Source: an uncultured virus (IMG/VR IMGVR_UViG_3300044950_001783)
Lineage: Duplodnaviria > Heunggongvirae > Uroviricota > Caudoviricetes
Reading direction: 5' to 3' (one strand)
IMG/VR virus record: IMGVR_UViG_3300044950_001783
Length of the DNA stretch: 64,000 nt
The notes below the pieces were generated by a model. It searched no databases. It saw nothing but the letters and a program-made list of their open reading frames with translations, and was not told the origin of the DNA. Positions 53,133 through 61,794 of the stretch are shown piece after piece (position 1 is the first letter of the stretch; every line of letters starts with the position of its first letter). The position numbers and the translations under genes were made by a program.

Positions 53133-53147
53133 ACGGGAGTCACGATC

Positions 53148-53384
53148 ATGCCGAATCTCATCCAAATCATGGAATCGCTTCGCGAGCAGCCGCGCCCGCT
53201 CAACGCCGAGGAGGACGCTTATCTGAACACCCTCATGGTTGAAGTTGCGGGCGCCGAGAACGATGCCCAGCGCTGGCGCATCCTTGAACGCGAAGGCATG
53301 AACCGCATCAACATCGAAGCCTACGGGTTTGACGCCGATGTTCTGGCCCATGTCTTTAAATTGCGCCGGGCTTCAATGAATTGA
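53148..53384 (+). CDS. Cassette 3b: hypothetical protein
   Basis: 78 aa; GGGAG RBS. Confidence 0.7.
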   Translation: MPNLIQIMESLREQPRPLNAEEDAYLNTLMVEVAGAENDAQRWRILEREGMNRINIEAYGFDADVLAHVFKLRRASMN

Positions 53385-53451
53385 AAAGCTTGGCTTCTCA
53401 ATCACACAGCGCGTTCATGGGGGCGTCATCCACGTCCCCAGGAGCCATCAG

Positions 53452-53592
53452 ATGGACTTCCACCTTTACAAAGCCACCCGCGCCGACGGCACGGTGTACT
53501 TCTTCCACCACCGCAGCATGGAGGAGGCCAAGGTCTTCGCCAGCGATGCGGTCAAGGTCATCGATTGCCATAGCCCGGAGGTCGCGCAATGA
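53452..53592 (+). CDS. Cassette 4a: 46-aa protein (not in the ORF track)
   Basis: AGGAG RBS; MDFHLYKATRADGTVYFFHHRSMEEAKVFASDAVKVIDCHSPEVAQ; ATGA overlap with the next gene. Confidence 0.7.
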   Translation: MDFHLYKATRADGTVYFFHHRSMEEAKVFASDAVKVIDCHSPEVAQ

Positions 53593-53846
53593 ACAGCATC
53601 GACATCCTGGGGCAAAGACTCGGTACCGCCGCCCTGACTACCCTGGTGCGCCTGTGCCCGGAGATCAGGATAGCCAGCCCGGCGCGACAGGAGGCCGCGT
53701 GTGCCGCGATGCGCGCCAAGTCCAAGGAAGCCATCGACGAGTTGCTGGACGACGCCAAGGCCGTGCCCTGGCTGGCGGAGGTGGCCTTTGCCAGCGCGGT
53801 GCTGACCCTCGCCAACGAGGGGGTCAGGGTGTTGAGGGGTGGCTGA
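53589..53846 (+). CDS. Cassette 4b: hypothetical protein
   Basis: 85 aa; GGAGG RBS. Confidence 0.75.
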   Translation: MNSIDILGQRLGTAALTTLVRLCPEIRIASPARQEAACAAMRAKSKEAIDELLDDAKAVPWLAEVAFASAVLTLANEGVRVLRGG

Positions 53847-53945
53847 GTAGAACTCCGGGAAAGCGGGTGAATGCGCTTGGCTTATCAAGCTCACAGCGCG
53901 TTCATACGGATGTCGATTACCCCCCAACGCACCAGGAGAACCGCC

Positions 53946-54305
53946 ATGACGACCATGACCATCAGCATCGAACGCACCCCTCGCACCTTGAACTTCGGCG
54001 GCACCGCCATCGAGGTCGAGGAGTTGGGCGTCCGACTGCCATTTGCCCGCAAACCTGTCGACCTCAGCGAGGTGGGCGGCAACGGACAAACCAGGGTTTA
54101 CATCACAGAGACCAAGGAAGTGACCCCGGCCGAATTCGATACCTTTGCCCGCAGCCTGCTGGTCTCGCGCGAGTGGCTGCGCGGCAAAGGCGGTGGCACG
54201 GGCGACGGCTACCTCTGCGTGGAGGTCACCGCGCCGGGCCGCCCCTACCTTTACGTCAACCCGGAGGGCAGCGATTACGCCCGCTACGTGGCACGCCTTG
54301 GTTGA
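53946..54305 (+). CDS. Cassette 5: hypothetical protein
   Basis: AGGAG RBS; LPFARKP...YVNPEGSDYARYVA. Confidence 0.8.
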   Translation: MTTMTISIERTPRTLNFGGTAIEVEELGVRLPFARKPVDLSEVGGNGQTRVYITETKEVTPAEFDTFARSLLVSREWLRGKGGGTGDGYLCVEVTAPGRPYLYVNPEGSDYARYVARLG

Positions 54306-54402
54306 TCGAGAAAGATTGAAAATGAAGCCTGAATTGCTTGGCTTCTCAATCGCACAGCGCGTTCATATGGGTGTCGCAACCAACACCCCGCAGGAGAAAA
54401 CG

Positions 54403-54771
54403 ATGACCACCACCAACCACACCCCCTCCACCCAGAACGACGCCTGGGGCTTTTTTGGCACCATGAACGAACACGCCAACGTCGCCTGGCCGATCGCGAT
54501 GCGCGCGATTTCCGAAGCCACCGGCCAGTCGCTGGAAACGGTCCGAATCTTTATGGACAGCCGCTACGGACGCCATTTTGCCGACAGCGTACTCAACCAG
54601 ATGCACAACGGCGCAAATCTGGATGCCGCCATCGCCGCCGCCACGCAAGAGTGGATGGGCTGGACGATCGGTCGCATCACCAGCAAGGAATACGGGATCC
54701 CGCGCGGACTGCCTTACCTGACCGGGTTTGTGATTCACACCGAGATCACCGACGAAGCACTCGCCGCCTGA
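54403..54771 (+). CDS. Cassette 6: hypothetical protein
   Basis: AGGAG RBS; NDAWGFFGTM...DSRYGRHFAD...GIPRGLPYLTGFV. Confidence 0.8.
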   Translation: MTTTNHTPSTQNDAWGFFGTMNEHANVAWPIAMRAISEATGQSLETVRIFMDSRYGRHFADSVLNQMHNGANLDAAIAAATQEWMGWTIGRITSKEYGIPRGLPYLTGFVIHTEITDEALAA

Positions 54772-56015
54772 CCAGACGCGGCATCAAAGGCCACCCCGTC
54801 CGACTGGCGGGTGGCCTGGCAACCGGCAAACTCCTGCCAGCGGCGAACAATAACGTCGCAATACTTCGGATCGAGTTCAATCACGCGTGCATGCCGGCCC
54901 GACTTCTCGGCCGCGATCATCGTCGTACCGGATCCACCGAAGGCATCCATCACCACGTCCCCTGGGCGGCTTGAGTTGCGGATCGCCCGCTCCACAAGCT
55001 CCACCGGCTTCATGGTCGGGTGCAGGTCGTTCTTGTGCGGTTTCTTGATCTGCCAGACGTCGCCCTGGTCGCGGTCGCCGCACCAATGGCGCTTGCCGCC
55101 CTCCGGCCAGCCATACAAGATCGGCTCGAACTGGCGCTGGTAATCGGCGTGGCCCAGAGTGAATGTGTTCTTGGCCCAGATGATGAAGGTGGACCACTTG
55201 CCCCCGGCGGCGCGGAAGGCGGATTGCAGGGTGTCGAGTTCGGAGGATGACATGGCGATGTAAACCGCGCCCCGGCAGTGCGCCAACGTTGGCGTCAGCG
55301 CCGCCAGCAGAAAATCGTAGAAGCCATCACCGAGGTTGTCGTTCAGGATCGCCCGATCCTTGCCACGCTGCCTGTCCTTGGCCGTGTTGGCGTAGTTGAC
55401 GTTGTAGGGCGGGTCGGTAAAAGCCATGTCAGCCCGCTCGTCGACCAGCAGTGCCTCATAGCAATTGGCATCGGTGGCGTCGCCACAGAGCACGCGGTGG
55501 TCGCCACAGATCCAGATGTCGCCCGGACGCGATACAACCGGTCCGAAGGATTCCGGAACTGCATCCTCGTCGGTCTGCCCCTCGGTCGTGGATTCCTCAC
55601 CGGCCAACAAATCGGCCAGCGCGTCAGCGTCGAAACCAGTGAGCGACAGGTCGAAGTTATCGTCTTGGAGTGCGGCCAGTTCCACCTGGAGCATAGCTTC
55701 GTCCCAACCAGCGTTCTCGGCGATACGGTTGTCCGCGATCACCAGGGCGCGGCGCTGGGTGGGGGTGAGATGGTCGAGCACCACTACCGGAACAGTCGGG
55801 ATGCCGAGTTTCTGGGCGGCGGCGAGCCGACCATGACCCGCCACGATCACGCCGTCGCTCCCGGCGAGGATGGGATTCGTAAAGCCAAATTCAGCAATGG
55901 ACGCGGCGATCTGCGCGACCTGGGCATCGTTATGTGTTCTGGCGTTTCTTGCATACGGCAGCAGTTTGCCGGTGGGCCACTGCTCGATCTTGTCGGCGAG
56001 CCAGGAGATGCTCAT
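54735..56015 (-). CDS. ParB-N domain + DNA methyltransferase (DPPY, probable m6A)
   Basis: PYARNARTH, AGHGRL, TDPPY, HPTMKP, DAFGGSGTT. Confidence 0.92.
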   Translation of the reverse strand: MSISWLADKIEQWPTGKLLPYARNARTHNDAQVAQIAASIAEFGFTNPILAGSDGVIVAGHGRLAAAQKLGIPTVPVVVLDHLTPTQRRALVIADNRIAENAGWDEAMLQVELAALQDDNFDLSLTGFDADALADLLAGEESTTEGQTDEDAVPESFGPVVSRPGDIWICGDHRVLCGDATDANCYEALLVDERADMAFTDPPYNVNYANTAKDRQRGKDRAILNDNLGDGFYDFLLAALTPTLAHCRGAVYIAMSSSELDTLQSAFRAAGGKWSTFIIWAKNTFTLGHADYQRQFEPILYGWPEGGKRHWCGDRDQGDVWQIKKPHKNDLHPTMKPVELVERAIRNSSRPGDVVMDAFGGSGTTMIAAEKSGRHARVIELDPKYCDVIVRRWQEFAGCQATRQSDGVAFDAASGQAASASSVISV

Positions 56016-57406
56016 GCCTGTGCCCCCAACCGATCGGCGGCAACGGCATCGAAGGTCTGGCCGCTGGCAAGTAACGTCACCGGCACGCCAGGATGATTCT
56101 GTTGGAAACGCTTGATGGCCACGTCCACATACTCCGGCGCGATTTCCACCGCCCGTACTTTCCGTCCGGTCCGTTGCCCGGCAAGCAGCGAGGTGCCGGA
56201 GCCGCCGAAGGGTTCGAACACGATTCCGCCCACGTCGGTGAAGGACTCCATGATGTGCACCGGCAAGTCGACCGGAAACACGGCCGGATGGTCGATGTCC
56301 TGACCGATCTTGCCCTTGTGCCGCATGATGCGAATCACGCTGTCGGGTATGCGGTGGTCCTGGGTGGGGGTGCCGGAATGCGTCCAGCCCCCAACCTCAC
56401 CATCCTTGCCGCGCATGGCTGTCGATGAGCCATCGGCGCGCAGGTGCGTTTCCTGCCCGGCGAATTTGCACGGCACGATCTTGTTGGGTTTGCGGCTCTG
56501 GCGGTTGAAGTGGAAAACGAATTCGAAACTCGGGGCCAGTCGGCCAGACCAATCGCCAGGCATCCCCGGCCCCTGGTCCCAGACATACCAGGCGAAGCGC
56601 CGCCAACCTTGGGCGCGCATCCAGTCGAGCCAGCCGTTCCAGTAGGGGAGCACTTCATTGTCGCGATGGATCAGTCCCAGGTTGACCAGGACCTGGCCAT
56701 CGGCGGCCATGGGCAGTCGGGCGAAGACGCCGCACATCAGGTCATCCCAATCGACGATGGCGTTGGTGTAGTCACGTTGGCTGCCATAGGGCGGCGAGGT
56801 GAAGCACAGATCGGCGGCCTCTCCAGCCATCAGCGCTGCAACCACATCGGCGTTGGCGGCGTCGCCACAGATCAGGCGGTGCGCACCCAACTGCCAGACA
56901 TCGCCCAGGCGGGAGACAGGATTGGCCGGGACGTCGGGCACCTCATCGGCGGCCTCCGGCTCGTCCGGACCCAGCGCGGCTTCCTCATCAACTGCAACAG
57001 CCTCGGCGAGCAGTCGTTCGATCTCAGCGTCATCGAAACCGGTGTGCAGCAGGTCATAGCCAGCCTCCTGCAACTCAGCCAGTTCCAGGGCCAGCAGTTC
57101 CTCGTCCCAGCCTGCCTGCAAGGCGAGTTGGTTGTCGCCGATCACGTAGGCCCGTTTCTGGGTTGGGCTCAGATGGCCCAACTCAATCACCGGCACTTCG
57201 GCCAGCCCCAACTTGCGAGCGGCTGCCAGACGACCGTGGCCAGCGATGAGGCCGTTGTTGCCATCCACCAGGAGGGGATTGGTCCAGCCGTATTCCACGA
57301 TGCTGGCGGCGATCTTGGCCACCTGCGCCTCGGAGTGGGTCCGGGGATTGCGGGCAAAGGGGATGAGCGTCTCGACCTTGCGGTATTCGACGGCGAGCGT
57401 GTTCAG
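56012..57406 (-). CDS. ParB-N domain + DNA methyltransferase (SPPY, possibly m4C); probable CTG start
   Basis: PFARNPRTH lies upstream of the track's start at 57322; AGHGRL, TSPPY, HPAVFP, EPFGGSGT. Confidence 0.88.
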   Translation of the reverse strand: MNTLAVEYRKVETLIPFARNPRTHSEAQVAKIAASIVEYGWTNPLLVDGNNGLIAGHGRLAAARKLGLAEVPVIELGHLSPTQKRAYVIGDNQLALQAGWDEELLALELAELQEAGYDLLHTGFDDAEIERLLAEAVAVDEEAALGPDEPEAADEVPDVPANPVSRLGDVWQLGAHRLICGDAANADVVAALMAGEAADLCFTSPPYGSQRDYTNAIVDWDDLMCGVFARLPMAADGQVLVNLGLIHRDNEVLPYWNGWLDWMRAQGWRRFAWYVWDQGPGMPGDWSGRLAPSFEFVFHFNRQSRKPNKIVPCKFAGQETHLRADGSSTAMRGKDGEVGGWTHSGTPTQDHRIPDSVIRIMRHKGKIGQDIDHPAVFPVDLPVHIMESFTDVGGIVFEPFGGSGTSLLAGQRTGRKVRAVEIAPEYVDVAIKRFQQNHPGVPVTLLASGQTFDAVAADRLGAQA

Positions 57407-57447
57407 ATCAAGGACTCCGAATTGGCGCGTGCTGCGCTGGAAACGAC

Positions 57448-57480
57448 AAAGCCCGCCGACGAGCAGACCGTGGGCGGGCT
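57448..57480 (-). terminator. Hairpin upstream of the methyltransferase operon
   Basis: AGCCCGCC ... GGCGGGCT followed by TTGTCGTTT on the minus strand. Confidence 0.45.
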
Positions 57481-57498
57481 CAGGAAATCAGTTCGGGG

Positions 57499-57607
57499 TG
57501 CAAACCTGCAAACCCCGCAAACCCTGCAAACCTCGGTTTGCAGTCGGACACTATCGAAAGGCCGCGCTCTCGCCTCCCGCATGGCGGAGGCGACAGGAAG
57601 GACCCGT
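57499..57607 (-). other. Putative lambda-like cos packaging site (cosQ, cosN, cosB-like repeats)
   Basis: Minus strand reads ACGGGTCCT-20 nt-GGGAGGCGAGAG-CGCGGCCTTTCGATA, followed by GTTTGC repeats. Confidence 0.65.
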
Positions 57608-57634
57608 TGAATATCTGCCGACCATCTGACACTC

Positions 57635-57684
57635 AAAAAATGACCACCCGAAGGTGGTCAGAAAAACCTTCCGTTGCGGAAGGT
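57635..57684 (-). terminator. Tandem hairpins terminating the replication operon
   Basis: TGACCACC-CGAA-GGTGGTCA (57641-60) and ACCTTCCG-TTG-CGGAAGGT (57666-84), each followed by a T run on the minus strand. Confidence 0.75.
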
Positions 57685-57832
57685 CAGGGAGCTTGTGCGT
57701 CTGGTCGACGATAGCGAAATCCTACGGGAAAACCGCCCGAAATGTTGCAGCTGGCGAAAGCCGCTTCGACCCGCATCCATCCTCGGAATCTCCTATTGAC
57801 CTGCGATTCCCGGCAAATTGCCGCAACTCCCC

Positions 57833-58252
57833 TCATAGAGTCGGTGCACTCGCGAAACGTCCAGCTCGAAGTGGGATGTGTTGATTCAGGTTGTCGGCGA
57901 CGACCCGCAATGCCCGCTGCCAGCGCCGCCACGCCGTGGTGCGATCGCAGCCGAAGCGCCGGCAGACATCCTTCCACTCGTACTCCTTGGCTCGCATCCA
58001 GATAAGGTGGCGCTGCTCCTCTTCCAGCCACTGCACCCAGCGCATGGCCTCCAGCATCCGCTCGATGGCCTCGGGGCTGGGCGGCAGGGGCCGCAGTTCG
58101 ATGTCCTCGCCGGACATGGCCTCCCACTCCTGGCGGGCGAACAACGGCCAGACGGTGAAGTATCCCTGCACCCGCACACGGGGCAGTCGCCGGCTGGTGT
58201 GCACCGTCTCCTGGAAGCGAGCGGCCACGTCCTCGATGGTCCATTCAGCCAT
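57833..58252 (-). CDS. DUF6362-like HTH protein, candidate late-gene regulator
   Basis: WTIEDVAARF...WKDVCRRFGCDRTTAWRRW; last gene before cos. Confidence 0.75.
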   Translation of the reverse strand: MAEWTIEDVAARFQETVHTSRRLPRVRVQGYFTVWPLFARQEWEAMSGEDIELRPLPPSPEAIERMLEAMRWVQWLEEEQRHLIWMRAKEYEWKDVCRRFGCDRTTAWRRWQRALRVVADNLNQHIPLRAGRFASAPTL

Positions 58253-58460
58253 GGTGGCCTCCCTTCCCCGACTCGCCATAGAGCCGCTCGCCGATGCGCC
58301 GGATGAACTCGCGTTCGACGAAATCCAGGCGATCGTCGGCCTCGGCAACCACCAGGATGTGTTGGCCGCGCCAGCCGTCCCGCTTCACGGCTTCCAGGTC
58401 GGTGGCCTCGGGCAGGTGACGGGCCAGGGGGCTGCGGTAGCGTGGTTCCGGGATCTTCAT
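58245..58460 (-). CDS. Phage hypothetical protein
   Basis: MKIPEPRYRSPL...IGERLYG; GGAGG RBS; overlaps both neighbours. Confidence 0.75.
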   Translation of the reverse strand: MKIPEPRYRSPLARHLPEATDLEAVKRDGWRGQHILVVAEADDRLDFVEREFIRRIGERLYGESGKGGHHG

Positions 58461-58927
58461 GCGCCCACCTCCTGAGTCTCGATGGCGAAATGGAGTAGCG
58501 CCAGGGCATCCGCCTCGTTGTCGTCGCGGGGGGTGTAACCACGCGCCGTGGCTGCCGCGACCATGTCGGCCTTGCCGGCGTTGCCCTTGCCCGTGGCGTG
58601 CTTCTTGATCGTGCCCACCGGCACGCCCTGGTATGGGATGGCGTGGTGTTCGCACCAGGACGTCAGTGTGGCCATGAAGCCGCCGTAGGCGTGGGCGGCA
58701 TCGATGCCCGCGTGCCGACGCACCTCCTCGAAGTAGACGACATCAATGCCGTCGCCGCTGTGCTTGATCTCGGTGAGCCATTTACGAAACCGTAGGTAGC
58801 GCATGCCGCCGCCCTCGAAGCGCTGCGGCTTGAAGTCCTCGGTGTCGCTGATGATCTGGCCGTCCTTGAGGCGGATGGCCCAGCCGGTGTGGGTGCCCAG
58901 GTCCAGGGCAAGGATGGCGGTGTTCAT
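58457..58927 (-). CDS. RuvC-like Holliday junction resolvase
   Basis: ILALDLGTHTGWA, FEEV, KKHATGKGNA, DDNEADA. Confidence 0.8.
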   Translation of the reverse strand: MNTAILALDLGTHTGWAIRLKDGQIISDTEDFKPQRFEGGGMRYLRFRKWLTEIKHSGDGIDVVYFEEVRRHAGIDAAHAYGGFMATLTSWCEHHAIPYQGVPVGTIKKHATGKGNAGKADMVAAATARGYTPRDDNEADALALLHFAIETQEVGA

Positions 58928-58968
58928 CGTCCAACCTCCATCTGGCCACCCAGACCAGACTGCCCTCC

Positions 58969-59190
58969 ACGTAGGAGAGAGGGAGTCTGTGCTCCCTCTC
59001 CTACGTAGTAGGAGGGGGTCCGCATGCAAACATATGGAGCAAGGTAAATCGTTGATTCATCGGAAAATACGGAAGATTGCGGAAGCTTGCCGCAAACATC
59101 CGCATGCAAACTTCCAGAACACGGAGAATCCTTGTAAATCAATGACATTTGTTTGCAGTCAGTTTGCAGTTTGCGGAAGTTTGCGGGACT
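58969..59190. repeat. Hairpin plus GCAAAC/GTTTGC iteron-like repeats; candidate replication origin
   Basis: Inverted repeat at 58969-59006; GCAAAC at 59026, 59092, 59106; GTTTGC at 59151, 59162, 59169, 59179. Confidence 0.55.
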
Positions 59191-59219
59191 TTCCGCAATC
59201 ATCCTGAGCAGGGATTTCA

Positions 59220-61388
59220 TCAGGCAACGCATGTGTTTTCCTCCTCCTGGTAGATCCAGATTTCGGGGTTTTCGACAGGGAGTGGCGCCCCGGTCTGGGG
59301 GCACTTGTAGTGGGTGGGCAAGACCCGGATCGACTCGGTTAACATTTCGCCCGTGGCCTCATCCGGCGGGCCGATGGCGCGGTTGAACACCATGCCATCG
59401 ACGCAGAGATAGCCGTTCCTGCTGCGACCGACCGAGGGCAGGCCATAGGGCTGGTGGTCGCGGAAGTATTTGATGTAGCCCTTGCTCGCCAGCACGGCCA
59501 AGCGCTCGTTGATGGTGCGGGAAGCGCCCAGCCCTGCCTGGCTCTCGAAGGTCTCGGCGAACTGGTTGGCCGTGTAGCAGCGGCCCTGGCCTGCCTCATC
59601 GAACAGGATCTGCAGGATCACGTCATGCTTGCGCCGCCGCTCCGCATCCAGGCGCTCACCGTAGTCCTTCATCACCAGGCGGTCACTGTCGTCGACCTCG
59701 CGCCAGACGCCCTGAATCTTGTCGACGTGCTTGAGTGGGATGCCCGCGCCGTTGCGCAGCTCGAAGATGAGTTGCCGAGTCGTCCGGGACTCATCGGGGC
59801 GGTACAGGATCATCCCGCTGCTGTAATAGCCGCGCAGGCTGCCTGCGCCCGCAAGCGCCTGGAACGGATCTTCCTCGAACTGCTTCTTGGCGAGCTTCCG
59901 GGTGTGGTGGACCAGGATCACGCCGGCATCCGGGTTCACCTCTTGGCGTAGTCGTTCCACCCGCTGCGACAGGAAGTACAGCATGGCACCGTTGTCGTTC
60001 TCGCCACCGGCGTCGCCGCCGTCGAACACGTTGCGTATGGGATCGATGGCGATGATGTCGGGCGGCTCGCCGCCGAAGGCACGCTGGATGGCCGGGATCA
60101 CCTGCGCCAGGCCTGCGTCGTCGAGGATCAACCGCAGCTGCGGTGTGGCGACGAAATTCACCCGTGCATCCAGTACCCGATGCGAGGGCAGCCGGATGCC
60201 TTTCACCCGCTCGCGCAGGTAGTAGTACTGCACCTCGGCCTGCAGATAGAAGACACGCAGGGGGCGCGCTGGATGCATGCCGAGGAAATCTGCGCCCGCT
60301 GCCATGTGGGTCAGCCAGGCGAGCAGGAAATCGCTCTTGCCGACCTTTGGCGCGCCGCCGAACACCAGTAGGCTGGCCGGAGGCAGCACACGAGGCGCAA
60401 TGAGGTCCAATGGCATCGGCGAATCGTCGTCAAGCATCGCCCCCAGGCTGAAGGTGGGCAGCAGGACCGGGGCCGCCTTGATCACCCGCCGCTCGCCTTC
60501 GCGCAGGAAGCTCGCGACGTCGAACCCCTGCTCGAAGGCATCGGCCGCATCCCAGCCGATGGGCTGATCGGCCGGCGGCACCAGGATGGCGACCGAGGCA
60601 GCTCCCGCCGCCACGCTTGCCCGTGCGGCGGCTTCGGCGTAATCCCAGCCCGGAGGATCACGATCCGGCCAGATCACCACGTCCTTGCCGGACAAGGGTG
60701 ACCAGTCGGTCTTGTCGATGGGCGCCCGCGCGCCGTTCATCGCCGTGGTCGCAGTGATGCCCTGGCGGATCAGCGCATCGGCGCACTTCTCGCCTTCTGC
60801 CAGGATGACGGTTTCGGCCTGGGCGACGTCTGGCAGGTTGTAGAGTGGCCGGGGGTCGGGGGCGCGGCACATCCGGGCGCGCACGTCCCAGGGGCGGAAC
60901 TCCTTGCGGCCCGGTTCCGGATCGTAGCGATAGACGCAGGCGATCAGTTCTCCGGTGGGGCTCAGGTAGTCCCACTTGGCGGTATGGGGGCCGAGTTCGT
61001 CCCTGGGCGCCTCTGTGCGTGCAGGCGTCGGCTGGGCCAGGGACTGACCTGCCAACCGGGCAGCGGCCTCCATCACCGCGCCGAAGTCGCGCCGGCTGTC
61101 CAGTCCGTGGCAGAGTCCGATGAGCTCGAACACATCACCGCCCTGACCCGTGGCGTGGTCGAGCCACAGCCCCGCCTTGTCGCCGTCGAGCGCCACCTCC
61201 AGGCTGTCACCCGGATCGCCGTGGAGGTTGCCCACAACGAATTTGTGGCCGCGCATCTTTCCTGCTGGAAACAGCGCATGTAACACCGAAGGCAGCCGGG
61301 CGAGCAGTTCGGCGCGCAGGATTTCGCGTTGTGCGGTCAGGTCGACCCGGATGCCAGTGATCGGTGGCACCTCGTTGAAATCAAGCAC
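59220..61388 (-). CDS. Primase (TOPRIM)-helicase (AAA_25/RepA-like) fusion
   Basis: AEGEKCADAL, WPDRD, WDAAD; Walker A GAPKVGKS, IDP, HHTRK; GTG start after GGGAGG. Confidence 0.88.
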   Translation of the reverse strand: MLDFNEVPPITGIRVDLTAQREILRAELLARLPSVLHALFPAGKMRGHKFVVGNLHGDPGDSLEVALDGDKAGLWLDHATGQGGDVFELIGLCHGLDSRRDFGAVMEAAARLAGQSLAQPTPARTEAPRDELGPHTAKWDYLSPTGELIACVYRYDPEPGRKEFRPWDVRARMCRAPDPRPLYNLPDVAQAETVILAEGEKCADALIRQGITATTAMNGARAPIDKTDWSPLSGKDVVIWPDRDPPGWDYAEAAARASVAAGAASVAILVPPADQPIGWDAADAFEQGFDVASFLREGERRVIKAAPVLLPTFSLGAMLDDDSPMPLDLIAPRVLPPASLLVFGGAPKVGKSDFLLAWLTHMAAGADFLGMHPARPLRVFYLQAEVQYYYLRERVKGIRLPSHRVLDARVNFVATPQLRLILDDAGLAQVIPAIQRAFGGEPPDIIAIDPIRNVFDGGDAGGENDNGAMLYFLSQRVERLRQEVNPDAGVILVHHTRKLAKKQFEEDPFQALAGAGSLRGYYSSGMILYRPDESRTTRQLIFELRNGAGIPLKHVDKIQGVWREVDDSDRLVMKDYGERLDAERRRKHDVILQILFDEAGQGRCYTANQFAETFESQAGLGASRTINERLAVLASKGYIKYFRDHQPYGLPSVGRSRNGYLCVDGMVFNRAIGPPDEATGEMLTESIRVLPTHYKCPQTGAPLPVENPEIWIYQEEENTCVA

Positions 61389-61794
61389 ACGCAGCCTCCC
61401 GCAGAGCCTGGGCACGAGGCTGGCTGCGACTGGATTTGGCTGACTTTATGGGCTTCCAGAGCGCATCCTCGTTCACCAGATAGCCGGCCTTGGCCGCCAC
61501 CTCCCGCACGAAATCGAGATCGATGCCGATCAGGTCGCACCAGAAACCGAGGCCCGAACCGCTTACCAGGAAGCGTCGTGCACGGTGGCGCTGGTTGTCG
61601 TCGCGGCCGATGGCATCGCCAATGGCCTGGGCAATCATCGCCACCCAAAGTTTCGTTTCCGGGCAGACCGTGACCACATGGCGCAGCAGGACTCGCTGAA
61701 CCGCCTGGATGCCGATGTGGGGCCGAGCCGGCGACCACATCTCCATGCCGCCCTGCGCGTTGAAACGGATCTTTGCTTTGGTTTTTGGTTTCAT
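61381..61794 (-). CDS. Phage hypothetical protein
   Basis: PETKLWVAMIAQAIGDA...WCDLIGID; GGAG RBS. Confidence 0.7.
   Translation of the reverse strand: MKPKTKAKIRFNAQGGMEMWSPARPHIGIQAVQRVLLRHVVTVCPETKLWVAMIAQAIGDAIGRDDNQRHRARRFLVSGSGLGFWCDLIGIDLDFVREVAAKAGYLVNEDALWKPIKSAKSSRSQPRAQALREAACA

Larger units (their letters stand above)
51880..54366 (+). repeat. Six dispersed copies of GCTTGGCTT-N9-ACAGCGCGTTCAT, each heading a small-gene cassette (probable promoter/operator)
   Basis: Copies at 51880-51910, 52237-52267, 52552-52582, 53388-53418, 53875-53905 and 54336-54366. Confidence 0.95.

Noticed and set aside
51880..54366. CRISPR array or integron attC array
   Set aside because: Repeats are spaced about 315-840 bp apart by whole genes, are not palindromic, lack attC core ends, and no cas or intI gene is present.
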